Shown: positions 48,901 to 58,407 of the stretch, piece by piece
How the letters are laid out: each line of letters starts with the position of its first letter
How positions within the stretch are numbered: the first letter of the stretch is position 1
From: a virus
Taxonomy: Duplodnaviria; Caudoviricetes
Length of the DNA stretch: 64,000 nucleotides
Virus record (IMG/VR): IMGVR_UViG_3300005686_000008
Strand: one strand, 5' to 3'
Notes under the pieces: model-generated
What the model was told of the DNA's origin: nothing
What the model saw: only the letters and a program-made list of their open reading frames with translations
Database searches by the model: none
Translations under genes and position numbers: made by a program

Positions 48901-48988
48901 GCAGGGAACACCTTATGGTGTTGGTCCGGGACAACAAGTTGCAAGGCAATTGGAGCGAAGAGCTTCTTGGCCTCGCAGAGGAGTATAA
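45971..48988 (+). CDS. terL: Terminase large subunit with intein
   Basis: Spliced Walker A WGRR|SGKD, Walker B LLLDE, LSTP, EFGAEF, nuclease HLDPA, YDHFN, DDICDALA. Confidence 0.92.
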   Translation: MAKEKQNNKPNRPSETVDLFKELRNKIKEDVIASSRIPSIIEFVYDKKYLGLPFQNPAVIPYDIQELILKCFYRGSPGNENLELTQKDLDIIAKNDLNNPLNGALLDKWNSMERFIELVLVWGRRCLSENCEIVDPKTGKLWTLGELWNYGKTDLESWTFNEETSLMNIIGDCNLVYQGAREVYKVQTLSGHEIEATDNHPFLTEEGWKQLKELKPKDKVALVSSQPFFGNSTEISEDEGAILGYVSSNSCDSVGCYIATTLPDGDVFLDFKSKMLSLSSNSKIESAMDHSIKTFDDRKYSHVYAQKAVKPPESNLITFIYNNGIKNKSGEQKFVPHRIFVAPKNVVAAYLRSLFSCNAVLHISKLSRFTCKIEASFQSISLTKQVQHLLSRFGIFSSFQSKLVNNKLEHILTINKNACVKLFLEEIGLIGYNDEIKDVIQSVDGKDSSVRVFSPIVSIKKIGTRRTFDIQVSDKPSLQNFVSNGFICHNSGKDFITSIVALYEAMRLLECPGGNPYQMYNLGMAVPFTILTIANSSRQAKILFREIKEKVLNSEYFADKIIPEGITADAIHFLTPEDKKRNEELISKGFAPNPGSIVVMSGHSNSDTLVGISCYVLLLDEIGLYKNTAGSSSGDAIFNSLAPAVKTYVRELPKKDKAGNIIIGQDGKPETEKVYDGKIICLSTPRGKEGVFFDLYNTHMETAHRLVCKAATWQVNPMQSKEGLMAAFPDMPEDKFRMEFGAEFSGTAGENFFPEEVVDQCFAEKTLKFRDHGSPGIFYYAHLDPASSSHNYALVVAHKEVFFNPETMKKDWRIVVDHIKYWTPMPGKPLSVEEIDEYVAELNSRFCFGVVTYDHFNSQVSINKLRKRGVPTKMTPFSKQYKNIIYDNLYQIAVQGKLYIPNHLLLKNEMKNLQRKWLDAGYKVYPKKDGDVTTDDICDALAGACYNCVEKDISKLPQGKLVSLPVQGNNDIVWRSMQGTPYGVGPGQQVARQLERRASWPRRGV
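46346..47440 (+). mobile_element. Intein in terminase Walker A with degenerate LAGLIDADG domain
   Basis: GRR|CLSENC...ATDNHPF...FICHN|SGK; 365 aa; endonuclease motifs read ILGYVSSNS and LRSLFSCNA. Confidence 0.93.
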
Positions 48989-48989
48989 A

Positions 48990-50111
48990 ATGGCTTTTAA
49001 TCTCAAAAAATCGCAGAAAATAAACGACAGCGTAACCCCTCAAACGACGGCGGTTCCTGCTAGTTCGCAGAAGTATAATCTTTCCTTAGAAGGGAAGGAT
49101 ATAAAAAACTTTAACACATTGCTCGAAACGGACCACAGGCCTCTTGGCGATTCTCCAAAGACCCAAGAGGGTCTTCTTAGCGAAGCAAGGGCTAAGCATA
49201 AGTCAAATGAGAAGATAACTGAAGGGGCAATACAGGATTCAACATCCGAATTGTTCCCTCATAGGCAGTTTAAGAATGGAGAAGACAACGTTGATGTTGC
49301 TCCAATTAATGCCATATCTGAAGCTCATGATAGAAAGTGGAGAGATGCTTTTTCTAAAGCCAATAAGGGTGCTGATACGGAGTTTTGGGATAAGTTCGTT
49401 GGAGAACAGCTAGATGGAGAGGTTACAAAGATTGGCAAGAATCTTCCTCAAAGAGGAAGTCAGCTTGCGAATAATCCTGATAGATTTGGAAATCTAGATG
49501 GTCTTCCTCATAACGAAGATCACTCCACCAATGAAAAGAACGCCGGTAAAGAAATGGATATCAAACCTTTGAATAGAAAAGAAAAGCCGTTAGAAATAAC
49601 CTCTTCTCTTCGTTCTGCTGATAAGGTTTTGTTCGGTATCTATCTTAAGGCTAATAGTGAAAACAGAGAACTTAATGCAGAAGAAAAAGAAATAGTCGCA
49701 GCCATCAATAATGACAAAGTTCAAATGCTTATGACTCTTGCTCAGATGGGGCCTCAGATGGATCCTGACCTAAGCAAAATAAATCCTCAAACAATAACCC
49801 CCGCAGACAGAGAGGCGGATTTCCTTGATAGTAATCCAACAATAGATGATCCTAATCTTTGGGCGCAGCAGTCTGGTTTTGATCCAAATGCTCAAGGAGA
49901 AGAATTATCTCCTCTTCCTCATGATGGGGGAGATATGGTTGAAAATTCTGATTTCCCGGGCTTCCCAAATGCTCCATCATCTAGTAGTATGGATGTAGAT
50001 ATGGGTAACGAGGGTCAGATTCCTAATCCGGGCGAACTCCCACCTCCTCCTCAACCAGATCCACTTTCTTCAGCGGCGGAGCCTTTTGATGAGCAAGAAA
50101 CTCCCTTTTAA
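48990..50111 (+). CDS. Putative head-region protein
   Basis: GAGGAG RBS, starts MAFNLKKSQ; P/D-rich tail. Confidence 0.7.
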   Translation: MAFNLKKSQKINDSVTPQTTAVPASSQKYNLSLEGKDIKNFNTLLETDHRPLGDSPKTQEGLLSEARAKHKSNEKITEGAIQDSTSELFPHRQFKNGEDNVDVAPINAISEAHDRKWRDAFSKANKGADTEFWDKFVGEQLDGEVTKIGKNLPQRGSQLANNPDRFGNLDGLPHNEDHSTNEKNAGKEMDIKPLNRKEKPLEITSSLRSADKVLFGIYLKANSENRELNAEEKEIVAAINNDKVQMLMTLAQMGPQMDPDLSKINPQTITPADREADFLDSNPTIDDPNLWAQQSGFDPNAQGEELSPLPHDGGDMVENSDFPGFPNAPSSSSMDVDMGNEGQIPNPGELPPPPQPDPLSSAAEPFDEQETPF

Positions 50112-50565
50112 CCTATCTAAACAGGCGAGAAGAGATCCGCCAACAGCCTTTGATCCTCTTAGCCCGTTGTTAAAAGACCCTTATAGAAGAAACAAGGGTA
50201 AACCAAACAGCGGGGACGGAGATGATCTGCTTAGACCTGGCGGTGTTGAACTTTCTAATCAGACTCCTGGCGGCGGTGGCGGTTGGTCGCAGAATAAAGA
50301 ATGGCCTTCAGATAGGCCAATGTTTGACGATCCAGAAGGTAATCCTAAAAGGGATACTGGTACTGGCATATCAACTGACCACGGGCTTGATTTGCATGAT
50401 GATTACGAGGGGCAAGAGGGTTCAAGCGGCTCAGATGCGGCTTTGGGAATAAACGAAACAACAAAAAGACAAATGGACGATACATCAAGAGATAGAAAAC
50501 CTTATAATGTCAATAGTGTATCTGGCATTCTTAAGAGTATAAGACCAAGACTTAGAAACCTGTAA
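50089..50565 (+). CDS. Putative head-region protein (disordered)
   Basis: Starts MSKKLPFNLSKQAR. Confidence 0.65.
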   Translation: MSKKLPFNLSKQARRDPPTAFDPLSPLLKDPYRRNKGKPNSGDGDDLLRPGGVELSNQTPGGGGGWSQNKEWPSDRPMFDDPEGNPKRDTGTGISTDHGLDLHDDYEGQEGSSGSDAALGINETTKRQMDDTSRDRKPYNVNSVSGILKSIRPRLRNL

Positions 50566-50576
50566 AGGAGTAACAA

Positions 50577-51209
50577 ATGAAGATTAAAGCGGTAGCAGAA
50601 GTAAAAGGGAAGTTGTTTATACAGGGGATATATAGCCCTCTCAGGGCTGGTGATGAGATTGAGGTTTCTAGCGATATCTTCAATTCGTATCAGGTTCAAA
50701 TGCTCCTTAGAAATAAAATGCTAGAATCTAAAGACTATAAGAAGTCAAGCCTTGTTGACTTTAAGAACAATACAAACCGCAAAATACCTTTATCTTTTGG
50801 TCCAACGGTGATGCCGAATCAAACGTTTTCTATTGCATCTAACGATGTATCGCATGAGCAAATAAAAGTTCTTCTGAAGAATGGTATTATTGAAAAGGTT
50901 AGCAATACTGTTGAAAAACAGGTTGAAAAAACCGAAAAGCCTAAGTCAAAGATTAAGATCAAAAAGGTTGAAGAAGAAAAGTTAGATAAGTCTCCAAAAA
51001 GTATGAAAGAGATTATGGATGAACAGAAGATTCCAGAAGGGGTTCACGTTCATGACCCATCAAAAGACAAGAACATATCTTTTATAGAAGAGAAGATTGC
51101 CCAAATACAGGAAGAGGCGGACGCTGGATTTGATTTTGTTGATAAAAAACAGCTAAAGGAAAAGCTTGTAAAATTGCAGAAAAGTAAAGAGTCCAAGCAG
51201 AGTAATTAA
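50577..51209 (+). CDS. Hypothetical protein
   Basis: AAGGAG RBS; K/E-rich tail. Confidence 0.7.
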   Translation: MKIKAVAEVKGKLFIQGIYSPLRAGDEIEVSSDIFNSYQVQMLLRNKMLESKDYKKSSLVDFKNNTNRKIPLSFGPTVMPNQTFSIASNDVSHEQIKVLLKNGIIEKVSNTVEKQVEKTEKPKSKIKIKKVEEEKLDKSPKSMKEIMDEQKIPEGVHVHDPSKDKNISFIEEKIAQIQEEADAGFDFVDKKQLKEKLVKLQKSKESKQSN

Positions 51210-51830
51210 ATGAAACTAATCGCATCAAAAAATGTTCCTAAGAAATGGCTTAAAAGGAAAAAGGAAGATCAAGCTAAGCTTACTACTTACTGGTCAAATC
51301 TTTATCCTGAAGAATATGCCACTCTTATGACCGTTGATTACCAAAGAGACAAGATTGCCTCAATAGATGCGTCATTAACAAAGATGGCTAGCGATGCCAA
51401 GGATGTTGTTTTTCTAGGAAAACTTAGGCAAACAAGAGATGGATTTGTTTATGTAGACGTTCCTAATTCCATATTTGATGGTTTCCTTCCAATGTTAGGC
51501 GGCGAAGCAGAGAAGCCCCCTAAGAATGAAAGGCATTATGATGATATTGGCGCTCATATAACTGTAATTAAGAAAAAAGAGGTTGAAGAGAACGGAATAC
51601 AGTTTAAGGATAATGGAAAAGTAATAAGATACACCATTAACGGTGTGGAAAAAGTAGAGAATCCAGATGGATGGGATGAGATGGAAGCTGTTTGGTTTAT
51701 GTCGGTGACAGCTCCTGAGCTTGAAAAGATAAGAACTTCATACGGACTATCTCCCAAGATAAAAGATCATGAATTCCATATTACTCTTGGAGTTAAGAGA
51801 AGACCATTAGAGGATAACACTCTTGTATAA
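51210..51830 (+). CDS. 2H phosphoesterase with N-terminal leader
   Basis: Two HxT motifs, GAHITVI and EFHITLG. Confidence 0.8.
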   Translation: MKLIASKNVPKKWLKRKKEDQAKLTTYWSNLYPEEYATLMTVDYQRDKIASIDASLTKMASDAKDVVFLGKLRQTRDGFVYVDVPNSIFDGFLPMLGGEAEKPPKNERHYDDIGAHITVIKKKEVEENGIQFKDNGKVIRYTINGVEKVENPDGWDEMEAVWFMSVTAPELEKIRTSYGLSPKIKDHEFHITLGVKRRPLEDNTLV

Positions 51831-52566
51831 CGACATTGTTCGAGAACTCGCTCATCACAAGATCTCTGTTGGAGAAAGAGATCTTGTTGTAATTGAAGAC
51901 AGGAATATTCCTCATAGTCATGCTATTGGTTTATTTAAGGCGAAAGCAAGAGCTGCATATTCTATAGTTGAAAGTCTTTGGAGAGGTGTTTGCGAATCTA
52001 TTAGAGCTTCTAGTCCTTCCCTTTCTTCCTCTCCGCCAGAAGGTATAGAAAATATCTTTGTTCATTCTCTTCAGGGTTTGAAAAGAATGCTTTATCTTTA
52101 TCCAGGATTGATGGATTTTGAGAATATTGAAAAGTGTATTTGCGATGCTCTTTGCAGGGACGTTAAGAGTTTTTCATATAAAACAATGTCTAACATTGTT
52201 GAGTATAAGCTTGCTATTGAATGGATAACTCATCTTATAAACAAGAATCTTTACATTAGGGCATTGTTGGTTTCTTGCCAGTATCCAGAAAATAAGACAG
52301 TTGAAGCGAAGGGCGTTCATGGTCCTTTTTCTAATCTTGATCTACCGTGGGAAGAAAGAGTCTTTTCGTGGTCAGCAATTGATGAAGAGACTAGAGGAAG
52401 AGACAGAGATATTAAGAATCAAAGAAGATACAAAATGGGTCTTGAAGGATATAACGACCCTTGGGTAAATGAAGGATTTGAGTGGAGAGAAATTAGGAAT
52501 GAACCTTTCTTGTGGGGAAAAGAAGGCGAAAACCCATATCCGCATAGGAACCGTCTCTGGTCATGA
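51823..52566 (+). CDS. Hypothetical protein
   Basis: GAGGA RBS, TTG start. Confidence 0.65.
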   Translation: MYNDIVRELAHHKISVGERDLVVIEDRNIPHSHAIGLFKAKARAAYSIVESLWRGVCESIRASSPSLSSSPPEGIENIFVHSLQGLKRMLYLYPGLMDFENIEKCICDALCRDVKSFSYKTMSNIVEYKLAIEWITHLINKNLYIRALLVSCQYPENKTVEAKGVHGPFSNLDLPWEERVFSWSAIDEETRGRDRDIKNQRRYKMGLEGYNDPWVNEGFEWREIRNEPFLWGKEGENPYPHRNRLWS

Positions 52567-52814
52567 AAAAGATTGCTACAAAATCTTACGTTGAGTCTCA
52601 AGTTCAAAATATTAGGCTTGATCCTAATAGACTAAAGAACCCTAATAGGCAGGATCAGCAAGATCCTAGGGTAAGAACTTTTCAGCAAGCGTTTACGACT
52701 TTGAACTTGCCAGGATTTACTGCTTTGTCAAATTCGGACGCCATACTTCTAAATACTATACAAATGGAAATACGAAAGAAACTTCGTTCTTTTGGAGTTC
52801 AACCGGGGTTCTAA
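52563..52814 (+). CDS. Hypothetical protein
   Basis: ATGA overlap; starts MKKIAT. Confidence 0.6.
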   Translation: MKKIATKSYVESQVQNIRLDPNRLKNPNRQDQQDPRVRTFQQAFTTLNLPGFTALSNSDAILLNTIQMEIRKKLRSFGVQPGF

Positions 52815-52815
52815 A

Positions 52816-53190
52816 ATGGAAAAAACTGCTCAACAATCTTTGATAGATATTCTTATACAGATTATGCCTGCATTGCAAGATGTTAGGGCTAGAATGGTTA
52901 ACAAAAGCGATGTTGCTGCTAATCAGCTTTATTCTATGTGGAGCGGTAATAACAAAATCGCAAATAGAAAGATTCTTAAACCAGCTAATCTTGAAGCTAC
53001 GAATCTAAAGAAAATGCTTGAAGCAGGGTATGTTGAAGACCAAGGTAAGTATCTCAAAATTACAGAAAAAGGCGCTCAAACGCTTAAGGTTCTTATCCTT
53101 AATGACAATGTGTTTGAGATGTCTAAAAAATCTTCAGCCGATAGATCTGGATGGTATCTGAGATTAAAAAATGAAGACCTTGCTTCTTGA
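52816..53190 (+). CDS. Winged-helix-like small protein
   Basis: LKKMLEAGYVE..GKYLKITEKG; starts MEKTAQ and ends SGWYLRLK. Confidence 0.55.
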   Translation: MEKTAQQSLIDILIQIMPALQDVRARMVNKSDVAANQLYSMWSGNNKIANRKILKPANLEATNLKKMLEAGYVEDQGKYLKITEKGAQTLKVLILNDNVFEMSKKSSADRSGWYLRLKNEDLAS

Positions 53191-53548
53191 AATAGAAAAG
53201 AAAACCATAAAAACGAAGAAGAAAGCCGAGAACAGGCTTTTATGGTTTAACATGAAAAAAGGCAAGCTCGAAGAATTCCGCGGAGGAAAGTTGTCTTTTC
53301 ATTATGACTCAGAAACGAATACAAACGTTCCTTTTGTTGAGGATATGTATTCTGTAGCGTATGTTACATCTGATAATAGAAAAGAGATTATGGAATGGAT
53401 CAATACAAATCACAAGTTTGTAAAGGTCAGCAACTTTCAAGAATCCAAAAACCATATAGCAGTAGAAGTCGATGACAATGATTTGTCATTCGTTGAGGCT
53501 GCTTTGTTTTCTGCCGGAATCCGTCACGACTGGTCAAGTATTTTGTAA
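53171..53548 (+). CDS. Hypothetical protein
   Basis: Overlapping operonic ORF. Confidence 0.6.
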   Translation: MKTLLLEIEKKTIKTKKKAENRLLWFNMKKGKLEEFRGGKLSFHYDSETNTNVPFVEDMYSVAYVTSDNRKEIMEWINTNHKFVKVSNFQESKNHIAVEVDDNDLSFVEAALFSAGIRHDWSSIL

Positions 53549-54810
53549 TAGACATCAATATACTTGTCAGCGCATGTTTCCCATTTATTTTCTTCAACAA
53601 ACTTATAGCCTTTACTAATGATTTCGTTTCTGTATTCTTTGATACTGAATACCTTGTCTATTTCATTGGCTAGTTCAATGTGATTTTTGGGCCTTGGTAT
53701 AACGTCTTGAAGATCATCAAAGAGATGACTTTCGCTTGCTAAAACAGGCCTTTTGTTTGCGAGAGCGATTCTAATTGCACCGCTTGCTCCGAAAACCTCA
53801 TTCGATGGATTGATTATGTATGGGAATATTGCTATCTTCGCTAATCGAAGATATAGATTTATCATTTCTTCTGTTTGGTATTTTTGTATGATTACAACAT
53901 TCTTTTCAATATCTAAGGATTTTGCTAAAGACATGAGTTCTTTGCAGTATTCTGCATTTGCTGCATGATTATGAGAGTTAGTGCTACAGAGGTAGATATA
54001 CTGCATGTCTTCGTATTTCTTGTTGGTAGACTTGAGCTGGGCTATTGCCATAAGCGCTCGGTCTACTCCTTTGTATGAGAAACCAAAACCAAACTGCAAG
54101 ATAGTATATGGATTTGAGCAAATGTTCCATAGTTCATTTGTCTCTTTGAACTGAATACAACCATGAGGCACGATATGGACGCCGCTTGTGTTGCCAACCT
54201 CTCGAAGCGTCTTTTTTGCTTCGCTAGAGTGAACGATGATATTTTTTGCAGATTCGCTATATACCGCCTTGTCAAGGTGTCTGTAAACGCTATGCATAAC
54301 AACTACATACGGAATATTAGAGAACGCTTGCATCATTTGCATAAATCTGAAGGCGTTTGGAAAGATCCCGTATTCGTGTTGTATTATGATGAAATCAGGT
54401 TGATATTCTTTGACAAGAGAAATGAGGTTATGAACGTCTCCTCCTCTTTTCCAGCAGCGAACCATTCCTTTTTCTTCTATGCATTCGCTTTCATCAACAT
54501 GCTCTGAAAAAATGAAAACTTCTTTGACTTTTGGCCTTAGAGCATCAACAAGGAATTGACTATACGTTGATATGCCGCAACGGTCTTTCCAGTTACATAT
54601 GATAGCAATTTTTAGTTCGTTCGGCTTTTTCTTCATAGAGATATTCATTTTGTCGGTTATCTCTTTTGGTAGTTTCTTGTATATGTAGCTATGCCATTCC
54701 TTGTTGTTTTTGACTTTGATAGAAGACAACCCTTCGCTGTTTGCGGGTGTATCTGATACTATTCTAATAGTAAAGTCTTTGTCGTATAAAAGGTACATAT
54801 CACGCCTCAT
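53524..54810 (-). CDS. GT-B (family 4-like) glycosyltransferase
   Basis: CGISTYS, IIQHEYGIF, VPHG, FGFGFSYKG, IFPY, SGAIRIALA..RPVLAS. Confidence 0.88.
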   Translation of the reverse strand: MRRDMYLLYDKDFTIRIVSDTPANSEGLSSIKVKNNKEWHSYIYKKLPKEITDKMNISMKKKPNELKIAIICNWKDRCGISTYSQFLVDALRPKVKEVFIFSEHVDESECIEEKGMVRCWKRGGDVHNLISLVKEYQPDFIIIQHEYGIFPNAFRFMQMMQAFSNIPYVVVMHSVYRHLDKAVYSESAKNIIVHSSEAKKTLREVGNTSGVHIVPHGCIQFKETNELWNICSNPYTILQFGFGFSYKGVDRALMAIAQLKSTNKKYEDMQYIYLCSTNSHNHAANAEYCKELMSLAKSLDIEKNVVIIQKYQTEEMINLYLRLAKIAIFPYIINPSNEVFGASGAIRIALANKRPVLASESHLFDDLQDVIPRPKNHIELANEIDKVFSIKEYRNEIISKGYKFVEENKWETCADKYIDVYYKILDQS

Positions 54811-55796
54811 TATGTTAGTATTATACTTTTGTGAAGGTCTCTTAGTAATAGTTTATTCATTGAAACTACGCTTCCTATTTCTTCCGCAGAGGAAGATAAC
54901 AAAGATGTTTTTAGAAGAGATTTCATAGAAGACAAGCTAAAATCAACGTAGCTTATTGACACTTTGTTATATTTCATGGTTTCCAGGAGATATTTGTTTT
55001 TATGACTGTGAGTTATATCAACAAATGGAACTTCTGTAGCGGCGCTAAATATGGAAGAATGAAGTCTGCTGCTTATTGTTGCATTACATGCTGATATGAT
55101 ATCTAGAGTTTCTTGCACTCCTATTTCTTCAAATACGATGCAGTTCTTTTTCCACCACTTGCATTTAGAAGCGACCATAGCGTTTGCAATTCTATCATCC
55201 CAAGGCGATTTTGTTCCAAATGGAATAAATATAAAGCTGGCTGGAGTTTCATCTATAGCTATTGATAGATCAAAGCAGAATCTTTCAAATCGAATTTGCC
55301 TATATGCTGCCGCTCCGTGTTCTGGTATGAGATTTCCATTTATAACAACAGCAACAACTTTGTCATAAATTTCGGTTCTGTTCTTTGTAAAGTATTTATT
55401 GATTAGGACTTTACCGTTTTCTTTGTTTCCGTTTAGGGAGAAAGAGAAATCTGGATACAATAAAGAACTAACACCAATTTGTTCCAAGAGGTTCATAGAT
55501 GCATTGTCTCTTGTGATTATAGTGCGGAATCCCTCGAATAGTTGCGAAGGAAACTTCTTGGATACAGTAACAGACATAATGTGTTTAGGCTTATTTATTG
55601 CCTGAAACGTTGAAAGAGCTTGTTCTGTGATGATATCTCCTCCGCCGAGTATGTATGCGTCGGCGTTTTTTATTGGAGAATCAGAGAATACAAAATCATA
55701 TGAAGGAAAAACTTTTGGGAAGGCGAGCTTATAGCTTTCGTCTCCGCAGTTGTTTTTGTCATACCATCCAACGACATTTACTTTGTTGCCATCCAT
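54810..55796 (-). CDS. Polysaccharide pyruvyl transferase family protein
   Basis: GWYDKNNCGDE, LGGGD, ITRD..S, YPD, SSRLHSSIFS...VP. Confidence 0.85.
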   Translation of the reverse strand: MDGNKVNVVGWYDKNNCGDESYKLAFPKVFPSYDFVFSDSPIKNADAYILGGGDIITEQALSTFQAINKPKHIMSVTVSKKFPSQLFEGFRTIITRDNASMNLLEQIGVSSLLYPDFSFSLNGNKENGKVLINKYFTKNRTEIYDKVVAVVINGNLIPEHGAAAYRQIRFERFCFDLSIAIDETPASFIFIPFGTKSPWDDRIANAMVASKCKWWKKNCIVFEEIGVQETLDIISACNATISSRLHSSIFSAATEVPFVDITHSHKNKYLLETMKYNKVSISYVDFSLSSMKSLLKTSLLSSSAEEIGSVVSMNKLLLRDLHKSIILT

Positions 55797-56047
55797 GTTA
55801 TTTTTCTAAAACTGCTTTTTATGTTGCATTGTAAAACGAAACCTTGATTGACTATTTTAACATCGAACCAATCTTGGTGCGAACCGCAAACTGCTGAATG
55901 AGAGTGTCCTTCAAATCCAATAAAGACGATTTTGGGAGTCCATCCAGTTTTTATTTCCACTTGAGATATTGCCGAAGATACTGTTAGGTTTCCAGCGGCG
56001 CTATTTCCGAAGAGTAATTTGCTAATAAACTGTAGTATATTGATCAT
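55778..56047 (-). CDS. Hypothetical small beta-rich protein
   Basis: GGGAG RBS; first gene of the antisense cassette. Confidence 0.6.
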   Translation of the reverse strand: MINILQFISKLLFGNSAAGNLTVSSAISQVEIKTGWTPKIVFIGFEGHSHSAVCGSHQDWFDVKIVNQGFVLQCNIKSSFRKITWMATK

Positions 56048-56079
56048 TTTAGTGTTCTCCCTAACTAGTTATATGTACT

Positions 56080-56137
56080 TACAAGGATAGTTGTATAAAG
56101 TCCTACTCAAACAAGGATTTGACGGTAAAAAATGGTA
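56080..56137. promoter_or_regulatory. Divergent class B promoters
   Basis: - strand TAGGA-N17-TGTA (56105-56080); + strand AAGGA-N16-GGTA (56113-56137). Confidence 0.45.
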
Positions 56138-56147
56138 TGTATTATCT

Positions 56148-57125
56148 ATGGGCATAAATTCAATTCCAGTATTGAACGTGAAAATAGCAGACACTGAAGA
56201 ATCTCAGGCGAAGGGACTTATGTTTGTGAAGGATCTGCCTAGAGATTCTGGTATGCTATTTATTTTTGGGTCTAATAGAAAATTGAACTTTTGGGGAGAG
56301 AATACTTTTCTTCCTTTAGATATTGCCTTTGTTGATGATAAAGGTCGCATTGTAAATATTGGTGTAATTTCTCCTCTTTCTAGGAAAACCGTATCTAGTT
56401 CATCTCCGTGTAAATATGCTATAGAGGCCAATGTTGGCTTCTTTTCTGAAAATGGTATTAAAGTTGGAGATATGGCTGTAATAGATAAGTCATCTTCAAA
56501 AATCCATTTCGCCAAAAGAAACTCAAAAGAACTGCTTTCCACTCTTAGGCTTGCTCAGCAAGAAATGAGCGATGAAGAGCTTCTTAAGAGATATCCAACC
56601 TTGTCAGACTATTTTGGATACCTGGATGAGCAGAGCGCTAAACCTCAACCAATGGCGGATGATCCAAATCTTCCTGTTCTTAGTCAAGATGAGATAGGAC
56701 AATATATTGAAGATTCTATTGCTGACCAACAGGACCAACAACAAGAAGATGGCCTTCCTCCAGAACAGCCGATACAGCCAGAAGATATAGAACCGGAAAG
56801 TGTCGAAGAATTACAAGAACGAATACCTTCGTTCACGAATATATCTGATGCATTCAATTGGGCAAAAGAAAACAAAGAGGTTATGAAGATATCTTATCAA
56901 ACAAAACTTAAAAAGAAGGGTCTTGGCTTCTTTGGTAACAATCTAATAACAAGGTATGTTGAACCTCATGGGAGATTTACTTCTCATCCAGAGAATGAAG
57001 TATCTCATGAGATTCTTGTAACTTTTGATGAAACTGTTGGAGGAATTAGGGCTTTTCGTATGCAAAATGTAAAAGAGTTTTCTTTTGTTGGCAAGAAGTT
57101 CAATCCAAAGTTTATTGTTAGGTGA
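56148..57125 (+). CDS. DUF192 domain fused to a C-terminal WYL-like domain
   Basis: IADT..QAKGLMF..GMLFIF..FW.ENT.LPLDIAFVD..YAIEAN.G; C-terminal ISY..RYVEPH..FDETVGGIRAFRMQNV. Confidence 0.75.
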   Translation: MGINSIPVLNVKIADTEESQAKGLMFVKDLPRDSGMLFIFGSNRKLNFWGENTFLPLDIAFVDDKGRIVNIGVISPLSRKTVSSSSPCKYAIEANVGFFSENGIKVGDMAVIDKSSSKIHFAKRNSKELLSTLRLAQQEMSDEELLKRYPTLSDYFGYLDEQSAKPQPMADDPNLPVLSQDEIGQYIEDSIADQQDQQQEDGLPPEQPIQPEDIEPESVEELQERIPSFTNISDAFNWAKENKEVMKISYQTKLKKKGLGFFGNNLITRYVEPHGRFTSHPENEVSHEILVTFDETVGGIRAFRMQNVKEFSFVGKKFNPKFIVR

Positions 57126-57140
57126 ATAGGAGTTCATTAA

Positions 57141-58379
57141 ATGCAAAGAGCAATCAAATTAATGGTTCATGCAGCAAATTCTCTAGATAGGGATGGATTT
57201 ACTGAAATTGCTGACAAGATTGATGCAATAGCAAATTCTGTTATAAATATCAAAACAGCTCAATATGTTGGTATACAGGGTTATGCTGTTAGAAACTCCC
57301 GTTGTTGGGGTAATTGTTACCGCAACAAGAGAGCTTCTTCTCCATCAAAGTCTGCTCAAGAGATTTGGGTTGAATGCCATAAAGAATATGTACAGTCTCT
57401 TAATAATGATGGCTCTAAATGGGATAAATATGCCGAGAATGAGCAACCTATATTTAAGATGGGTTCAAATCTCCAGAATATGTTTGATGCTTTTGATAGA
57501 AAAATCGCCCATTTGATTGATAACAAAGTAAAGACAGGGGTTGATCACGGTTCTGCAATTTTTGCTTCTATAGATGAAGCAACTTCTGAGTCTCAAGAAA
57601 GAATGCTCGAAATGAGCAATCAACTTTTATCTATTGCAGGTAGTCTTGTTTCTAAGCCAAAGATTTCTGAAAGCCTAACTAGAGCCGCAGAAGAATTGGT
57701 AAAAGAAGCGGGATTGATGGACTTTATGAGTGGGGCATGGCAAGGCGCTAAGAACTGGGCTGGCGATGTTAATTTCATGGGAACGCTTAATAGGCAAATA
57801 GGCGAAATGAATGGTTTTGTTGATCAATTGAAACAAGAAAAAGCCCAATATGAACAAGTCAAACAAGCAATAGCTCAATCAATGAATGGAATATTCACAA
57901 GTATTAAGGCTGTTGCAGAAAATCCTCAAAGTACGTCAAAACAAAAACAATATGCACAATCTGCTTTGCAGTCGCTAAGTATGCTCAAGGGAGCTGATAG
58001 TAAGAAACTTATTGCTGAATGGCCTAAAGCTCATCAAGCGTTGCAGTCTTTGATGAGAGGAAATGTTAATCCTTCCGCTGGTCCTGCCGCTCCTGCTGGT
58101 TCTGCTCCTGCCGCTGGTGCCGCTCCTGGTGCCGCTCCTGGTGCCGCTATGAATCCTGCTCCATCAACTAATGTTTTAGGAAATCAGCCGGTTTCGACTT
58201 CTCAGCCAATGGTTCAGGGTCCGCAAGGGGTTGGGCAATCTAATATGGTTGGACCCGGAATGCAGGGCAATATTCCGCCGGCTCAGCAAGGCGGTTTGTA
58301 TGGAACCGATCCAAGACTTTATACTCAACCGAATAACAAAAATCCTAAAGGAAAACCAAAGGATCAATATTACCCATAA
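57141..58379 (+). CDS. Putative internal head protein
   Basis: AANSLDRDGFTEIADKID, IKTAQ, CWGNCYR, LVKEAG, coiled coil, A/P/G-rich tail. Confidence 0.6.
   Translation: MQRAIKLMVHAANSLDRDGFTEIADKIDAIANSVINIKTAQYVGIQGYAVRNSRCWGNCYRNKRASSPSKSAQEIWVECHKEYVQSLNNDGSKWDKYAENEQPIFKMGSNLQNMFDAFDRKIAHLIDNKVKTGVDHGSAIFASIDEATSESQERMLEMSNQLLSIAGSLVSKPKISESLTRAAEELVKEAGLMDFMSGAWQGAKNWAGDVNFMGTLNRQIGEMNGFVDQLKQEKAQYEQVKQAIAQSMNGIFTSIKAVAENPQSTSKQKQYAQSALQSLSMLKGADSKKLIAEWPKAHQALQSLMRGNVNPSAGPAAPAGSAPAAGAAPGAAPGAAMNPAPSTNVLGNQPVSTSQPMVQGPQGVGQSNMVGPGMQGNIPPAQQGGLYGTDPRLYTQPNNKNPKGKPKDQYYP
58076..58150 (+). repeat. Pro-Ala-Gly linker repeats (gccgctcctggt-like)
   Basis: Encodes AGPAAPAGSAPAAGAAPGAAPGAA. 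Confidence 0.8.
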
Positions 58380-58407
58380 TTCCAATAATGTAAAATTGGA
58401 ATAAAAG

